Below are positions 59,348 through 64,000 of a DNA stretch of 64,000 nucleotides, piece after piece (positions within the stretch are counted from its first letter, which is position 1; each line of letters opens with the position of its first letter). The stretch is from positions 18,903 through 82,902 of the forward strand of contig CAYYWY010000002.1 of NCBI GenBank assembly GCA_964475485.1, read 5' to 3'. Both the position numbers and the translations under genes were made by a program. This DNA is from an uncultured Nitrospiraceae bacterium. GTDB taxonomy: Bacteria > Nitrospirota > Thermodesulfovibrionia > Thermodesulfovibrionales > UBA9159. The notes beneath the pieces were generated by a model. It ran no database searches and was not told where the DNA came from. It saw only the letters and a program-made list of their open reading frames with translations.

Positions 59348-60731
59348 GGTAGTCATCATAGGAGAAGGTCTCCTCCGTGGAAACTATGACCTTCTCTCCA
59401 AGCATGGCGAACCACTCCGGTTTAAGTCCATCAACACCGTACACCTGCGGCCCGATGAAACAGCGGCGCTCCTCATTATCGAAAAAGACCAGCACAGGGA
59501 AAGCTCCTTCAAGGGCTTCGCAAAGGCTTTTGCCGATGTGCCTAAGATCGTGGTTTCCTTCGATAATTCCTCAAGAGGCTTTGCCGCATGGCTCAAGCTC
59601 CCACTCACTTTGCCTGTGCACAACCCGAATGAGAAGGAACTGCTTTTCCTTGCGGACCGGCTCGTGGACGAACGTAACGTGCAGACGGAGAACAAAAGGC
59701 TGAAGAATGAGCTTCTCTGTTCGAGGAAAGAGCTGGACTTTTTTGACGACATTGGCAGGGTTCTCACTTCCAACATGGAGCTTGACCCCATGCTTGGGAC
59801 GATCATGAAAAAGACAAAGGACATGATCAAGGCCTCATCATGGTCCATTTTTCTCATGGACGAAGATACCGGGGAATTTGTCCTTGAAAAAACGGACGTC
59901 AAGAAGAAGAAGGACAAGGCCCTTAAGCTCAGGCTGAAACCAGGAGATGGGATTACCGGTTGGGTTATCCAGGAAGGTATTCCATTAATCGTTCCTGATG
60001 TCTCGCGGGATGAGAGGTTGACCCACGGCGCCGGAAAGAGTGAAGACATCAAGGCGAGGTCCCTCGTATGCGTTCCGATAAAAAACAAGGAGCAGGTGAT
60101 CGGAGTAATGGAATTTGCGAACAAGACCACCGGCAGCCCCTTCACGAAGGATGATCTGAACCTGCTCACAAAGATCGTTGATTACGTCTCAATCACCATA
60201 GAAAGAGCCACCCTTTATCACAAGATGGCCGAACTCGCCATCACCGACGACCTGACGAAGCTCTTTAACTCCCGGTACCTGAACAGGACCATCGAAGTCG
60301 AGATACATCGATGCGAGCGTTCCAGAACCTCGGTTTCGCTCATCTTCATGGACGTCGATTATTTCAAGCAGGTGAACGACCATTTCGGCCATCTTGTGGG
60401 CAGCAAGGTCCTCGTGGAAGTGGGTCAGCTTCTGATCAGGAGCCTCCGCTCCATCGATATTGTCGCACGGTACGGGGGAGACGAGTTTGTGGTGGTGCTT
60501 CCCCAGACATCCCCCGATATCGCCGCAAAGGTTGCGGAGAGGATAAGAAAGTCCATAGAGCAAAACACCTTTCTGAAAAAAGAGGGTTATGCCATAAGGA
60601 TCACAGCCAGTTTCGGCGTCGCCTCCTATCCTGAGAGCGCAAAATCAAAAGAGGAATTGCTCAAACTTGCTGACGAGGCAATGTACCGCGTAAAGAACTA
60701 TACCAGAAACGGCGTTTATGCTATAATTTGA
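59340..60731 (+). CDS. diguanylate cyclase: degenerate receiver-like N-domain, GAF, GGDEF
   Basis: GAF ([17 protein letters not shown]). GGDEF ([23 protein letters not shown]). Confidence 0.85.
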   Translation: MPKVVIIGEGLLRGNYDLLSKHGEPLRFKSINTVHLRPDETAALLIIEKDQHRESSFKGFAKAFADVPKIVVSFDNSSRGFAAWLKLPLTLPVHNPNEKELLFLADRLVDERNVQTENKRLKNELLCSRKELDFFDDIGRVLTSNMELDPMLGTIMKKTKDMIKASSWSIFLMDEDTGEFVLEKTDVKKKKDKALKLRLKPGDGITGWVIQEGIPLIVPDVSRDERLTHGAGKSEDIKARSLVCVPIKNKEQVIGVMEFANKTTGSPFTKDDLNLLTKIVDYVSITIERATLYHKMAELAITDDLTKLFNSRYLNRTIEVEIHRCERSRTSVSLIFMDVDYFKQVNDHFGHLVGSKVLVEVGQLLIRSLRSIDIVARYGGDEFVVVLPQTSPDIAAKVAERIRKSIEQNTFLKKEGYAIRITASFGVASYPESAKSKEELLKLADEAMYRVKNYTRNGVYAII

Positions 60732-60732
60732 T

Positions 60733-61719
60733 GTGGCTTTTTTCAATTATGTGACCAAAGAGATCACACTGAAGGTCGTATATTACGGCCCAGGTCTCAG
60801 CGGTAAAACAACAAACCTTCAGTATCTCTATTCTGTTCTGGATGCATCATCCAGGGGGAAGTTCATCTCCCTTGCCACGGAGTCCGACAGAACTCTTTTC
60901 TTCGACTTTTTGCCTGTGGAACTCGGCAAGATAAAGGACTTTTCTGTGAGGTTCCAGCTCTATACGGTTCCCGGGCAGATACGGTATAACGCAACGAGAA
61001 AGCTGGTACTGAAAGGCGCCGACGCAGTAGTATTTGTTGCGGATTCCCAGCGGGACATGAGAGAACAGAATATCGAGAGTCTTTCCAACATGAGGGAAAA
61101 CCTCCTTTCCAACAATCTGAACCCTGACGACATCCCTGTTGTCTTTCAGTATAACAAGCGGGACCTGCCCAACATCCTCTCGCCGGAAGAACTGGACCAT
61201 GACCTGAACGACAGGAACTATAAACGTATCGAGGCGGTAGCGTTGAGCGGCAAGGGTGTTCAGGAGACATTTCACCTCATTACAAGGCTCCTGCTGAAGG
61301 ACATTGCGCAGAAGCATAAGGTTGATATCGCGCCTCCCAGGGAGGCAATCGCGGAAGGGGTAACAGTGAAGCTCCCTGAAAAGGAGAGGTTAGAGACCGT
61401 GGAACTTGCGGAACCCGGCACAGTCCTGTCGAAAAGACCTCCGAAGGAAGAGATTCCGGCCGCCCGTTCACAGGCTTCCCTGACTGCAGCCCCTGCAGCA
61501 TCTTCCTACATGGAAGAGAGTCTGAACTCTCTGATGACTTCGGTTGGCGAAATCAACCGGTCCTTGACGGGCATAAAAGAGACCCTTTCCGTAATCTACA
61601 ACGAGGTCAAGGAATCCGGTAGACACCAATCGGAAGCAATGAAGCTGTTCAGGGAGGTTTACGCCACAATGGCACAGCTCAAGAGAAAAAGACGGTGGTA
61701 TCATTTCTTTTCAGGGTAG
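60733..61719 (+). CDS. MglA-family Ras-like GTPase with a ~130-aa C-terminal extension
   Basis: GTG start 1 nt after the upstream stop. MAFFNYVTKEITLKVVYYGPGLSGKTTNLQYLY...TLFFDFLP...LYTVPGQ...NKRD closely parallels Myxococcus MglA over about 195 aa. The extension is Pro/Glu-rich, then helical, ending KRKRRWYHFFSG. Confidence 0.8.
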   Translation: MAFFNYVTKEITLKVVYYGPGLSGKTTNLQYLYSVLDASSRGKFISLATESDRTLFFDFLPVELGKIKDFSVRFQLYTVPGQIRYNATRKLVLKGADAVVFVADSQRDMREQNIESLSNMRENLLSNNLNPDDIPVVFQYNKRDLPNILSPEELDHDLNDRNYKRIEAVALSGKGVQETFHLITRLLLKDIAQKHKVDIAPPREAIAEGVTVKLPEKERLETVELAEPGTVLSKRPPKEEIPAARSQASLTAAPAASSYMEESLNSLMTSVGEINRSLTGIKETLSVIYNEVKESGRHQSEAMKLFREVYATMAQLKRKRRWYHFFSG

Positions 61720-61821
61720 CCCGCCTTTGCGGCTTCGCTGAATCCTTCTTTCCTGCTTGTCCTTGTCCTGTTTGCACTTGAAAATTTCATGTTCTACCGG
61801 TCAAAATAAGCTTTTCTTGTA

Positions 61822-62601
61822 TTGAAAAAGGCGATCATGAAAATAAAGAGATTGATAAGCGAGCTTCAGGCATTCTATCTTCTCTCTTTCCACGGCCTTA
61901 TGGCGATGGCGCGCAGGCCCTTCTACCTGAGAGACGTCATCGAGCAGATGGACTATGCCGGCGCCGGTTCCTTCGTTATCATCATCCTCGTTTCCCTCTT
62001 CGTTGGCATGGCTCTTTCTCTTCAACTCTCCGCCGAACTCTCGATGCTCGGGCTGAAGATATACACGGGCAAAGTGGTGGGTATCTCCATAATCCGGGAA
62101 ATAGGTCCTGTGGCAGCAGCCCTTGTCTTTACCGGCCGGGTCGGCTCCGGCATGGCGTCGGAACTGGGCTCCATGGTGCTGGGGCACCAGGTGGATACCC
62201 TCAGGGTATTCGGCGTGGACCCCGTAAAGAAACTTGTCGCCCCAAGGATGCTCAGTGCCCTCATCATGCTGCCCGCCCTGACCATCATCGGCGATGCCGC
62301 ATCCCTTCTGGGCGGATACTACATCGCGGTCTTTGTGAGCCATCAGAGCGGCAATGTCTACTGGAGCTCAATCCGCGGCGTACTGGACTTCGAGAATGTC
62401 TTTTCGGGCTCGGTGAAGCCTTTTATCTTCGGCTTTATCATCTCCTCCATCAGCTGTTACATGGGACTTTCGACGAAGGGAGGCGCCATAGGGCTGAGGA
62501 GCTCGACCACGAGGGCGGTGGTGCTCTCCATTATCATGATCATCATCGCCGATTTCGTCCTCACAAGGATATTGCTATATGTGCTGGGGTTTTCAGTATG
62601 A
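61822..62601 (+). CDS. mlaE: MlaE-family ABC transporter permease
   Basis: 259 aa, REIGPVAAALVFTGRVGSGMASELGSM is characteristic of MlaE/YrbE. Confidence 0.88.
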   Translation: MKKAIMKIKRLISELQAFYLLSFHGLMAMARRPFYLRDVIEQMDYAGAGSFVIIILVSLFVGMALSLQLSAELSMLGLKIYTGKVVGISIIREIGPVAAALVFTGRVGSGMASELGSMVLGHQVDTLRVFGVDPVKKLVAPRMLSALIMLPALTIIGDAASLLGGYYIAVFVSHQSGNVYWSSIRGVLDFENVFSGSVKPFIFGFIISSISCYMGLSTKGGAIGLRSSTTRAVVLSIIMIIIADFVLTRILLYVLGFSV

Positions 62602-63347
62602 TCGTATTCGACAGGGTCTGCTTCTCCTATAATGCGCGCAATATCCTCAGAGACCTCAGCTTCTCTGTCAGGGCAGACGAGCGTCTTGCCATACTCGGAG
62701 GGAGCGGTGAAGGGAAGACTACCATCCTCAAACTTATTATGGGGCTCATACGGCCCGACTCAGGGAAGATATTCGTAGACGGCGATGATATCACCCTTAA
62801 GACCGAAGGTGAGCTCAGGCAGATACGGATGAAATTCAGCATCGTCTTTCAGGAGGGGGCGCTTTTCGATTCGCTGAACGTGAAAGAGAACGTTGCCTTC
62901 TGCCTGAGGGAATATACGAGAATGTCGGAGGAGGAAATTGACCTTAAGGTGAGAGAGCTTCTAATGAGAGTGGGAGTTGAGCACGCGATTAAGTTCATGC
63001 CGGAGGAACTGAGCGGCGGCATGCACAGGAGGGTTGCCATCGCGCGCTCCCTGGCAGCCTGCGAACCAAAAATGTTCCTCTATGACGAACCCACAAGCGG
63101 CCTTGACCCGGTGAATGCGGACAACATCTGCAAGCTCATCCTCGACCTCTCCAGAGACGGAAAAGGGTTCATTATCGTGACGCACAAGGTCTTCGACGCG
63201 CTGAAAGTGGCGCAGAGGTTTATGTTCCTTCAGGATGGAACCGTACTGTTTGACGGCAACAGGGAGGAGCTTCTTCATTCCCCTCTCCCTGACATTCAGA
63301 TATTCATAAGCGAGCTTCGGTACAAAGAGGAGGGAAGACATGTTTGA
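62598..63347 (+). CDS. mlaF: MlaF-family ABC transporter ATP-binding protein
   Basis: GGSGEGKTT, LSGGMHRRVAIARSL, LYDEPTSGLDP. Confidence 0.88.
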   Translation: MIVFDRVCFSYNARNILRDLSFSVRADERLAILGGSGEGKTTILKLIMGLIRPDSGKIFVDGDDITLKTEGELRQIRMKFSIVFQEGALFDSLNVKENVAFCLREYTRMSEEEIDLKVRELLMRVGVEHAIKFMPEELSGGMHRRVAIARSLAACEPKMFLYDEPTSGLDPVNADNICKLILDLSRDGKGFIIVTHKVFDALKVAQRFMFLQDGTVLFDGNREELLHSPLPDIQIFISELRYKEEGRHV

Positions 63348-64000
63348 TATGCAAAAACAGATTATGTGGTCCAAACTCAAAGTCGGTATTGTGATCACCC
63401 TTGCCCTCGCCACATTGTTCGTGACGGTTTTCTTTGCCGGAGGGATCGAAAACCTTCTCTTTCCCAGGGTGGAGCTGAAAGCTCTCATACAGGACGTGAA
63501 AGGACTGAGGAAGGGCTCGCCTGTGTGGCTCTCCGGCATCGAGATAGGCGCTGTAAAAAACATCCACCTCCATCCAGAGTTCGGGACGATCATCACCCTC
63601 TCGGTTAAGGAAAGCGCCCTCGAGTACATAAGAAAAGACTCCAGCGCAAGTGTCCTCACCATGGGACTCCTGGGAGACAAGTATGTTGAGCTGAGCCCGG
63701 GCACAAAGGAAGCCAGCCCGGTAAGGCCCGGTGATACTATCCATGGAACTGCCCAAATGGAGCTGAAGGATGTGATGGAGGTAGGTACTGTTTCGATACA
63801 GAAGATGTCGGATTTCATAAAGAAGCTGGACAGCCTCGTGACGAATATAGAAAAAGGCGAAGGATCGATCTCGAAGCTTCTTAAGGATCCTGCCCTTTAT
63901 GATAATCTGGCCGATGCGACAAGATCATTGGCCCTGGGACTGAGAGACATGCGGAACGCTCAGGGAACGTTGAAGCTGCTCGTTGAGGACCCTTCCCTTT
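63340..64000 (+). CDS. mlaD: MlaD/MCE-domain protein, 3' end off-window
   Basis: Not in the ORF track because no stop is reached. Own translation from ATG 63340: MFDMQKQIMWSKLKVGIVITLALATLF...GLRKGSPVWLSGIEIGAVKNI...LLGDKYVELSPG. Confidence 0.8.
   Translation, partial: MFDMQKQIMWSKLKVGIVITLALATLFVTVFFAGGIENLLFPRVELKALIQDVKGLRKGSPVWLSGIEIGAVKNIHLHPEFGTIITLSVKESALEYIRKDSSASVLTMGLLGDKYVELSPGTKEASPVRPGDTIHGTAQMELKDVMEVGTVSIQKMSDFIKKLDSLVTNIEKGEGSISKLLKDPALYDNLADATRSLALGLRDMRNAQGTLKLLVEDPSL

Overview
Gene-dense chromosomal segment (about 65 protein genes, mid-50s % GC) from an anaerobic, hydrogen-metabolising bacterium. I cannot assign taxonomy from sequence alone. There are no rRNA or tRNA genes, CRISPR arrays, transposases or integrases, so this is core-genome housekeeping and signalling DNA rather than a mobile island. 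Main blocks, in order: livMGF; a giant acyl-CoA-dehydratase activase fusion; an 8.6-kb co-directional two-component/CheR/HD-GYP signalling cluster; a cytoplasmic group-3b (sulfhydrogenase-type) NiFe hydrogenase operon; tpiA-secG; a Tat-exported group-1 NiFe hydrogenase operon with cytochrome b, endopeptidase and HypC; rny-ymdB; pgpA-cinA-thpR-recA-pilT-recX; alaS; a UbiB-like kinase; ABC exporters; secA; a GGDEF protein followed by an MglA-like GTPase; mlaEFD. The strongest finding is that the group-1 hydrogenase large subunit has in-frame TGA codons at both N-terminal nickel-ligand cysteines (RI-U-GV-U), while the C-terminal DPCxxCxxH motif keeps its cysteines. This is the reverse of canonical NiFeSe enzymes. 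Its small subunit also has Asp where the second proximal-cluster Cys is expected. The second theme is that two short dispersed repeat families, plus other low-complexity inserts, sit in-frame inside coding regions: linkers of the activase, the ATP-binding domains of two histidine kinases, the last codons of alaS and the 5' end of a binding-protein gene. Smaller items: an unlisted 31-aa bS22-like gene, a beta-CASP gene remnant, a kinase whose receiver domain starts upstream of any canonical start codon, and heme-c motifs in two sensor domains.
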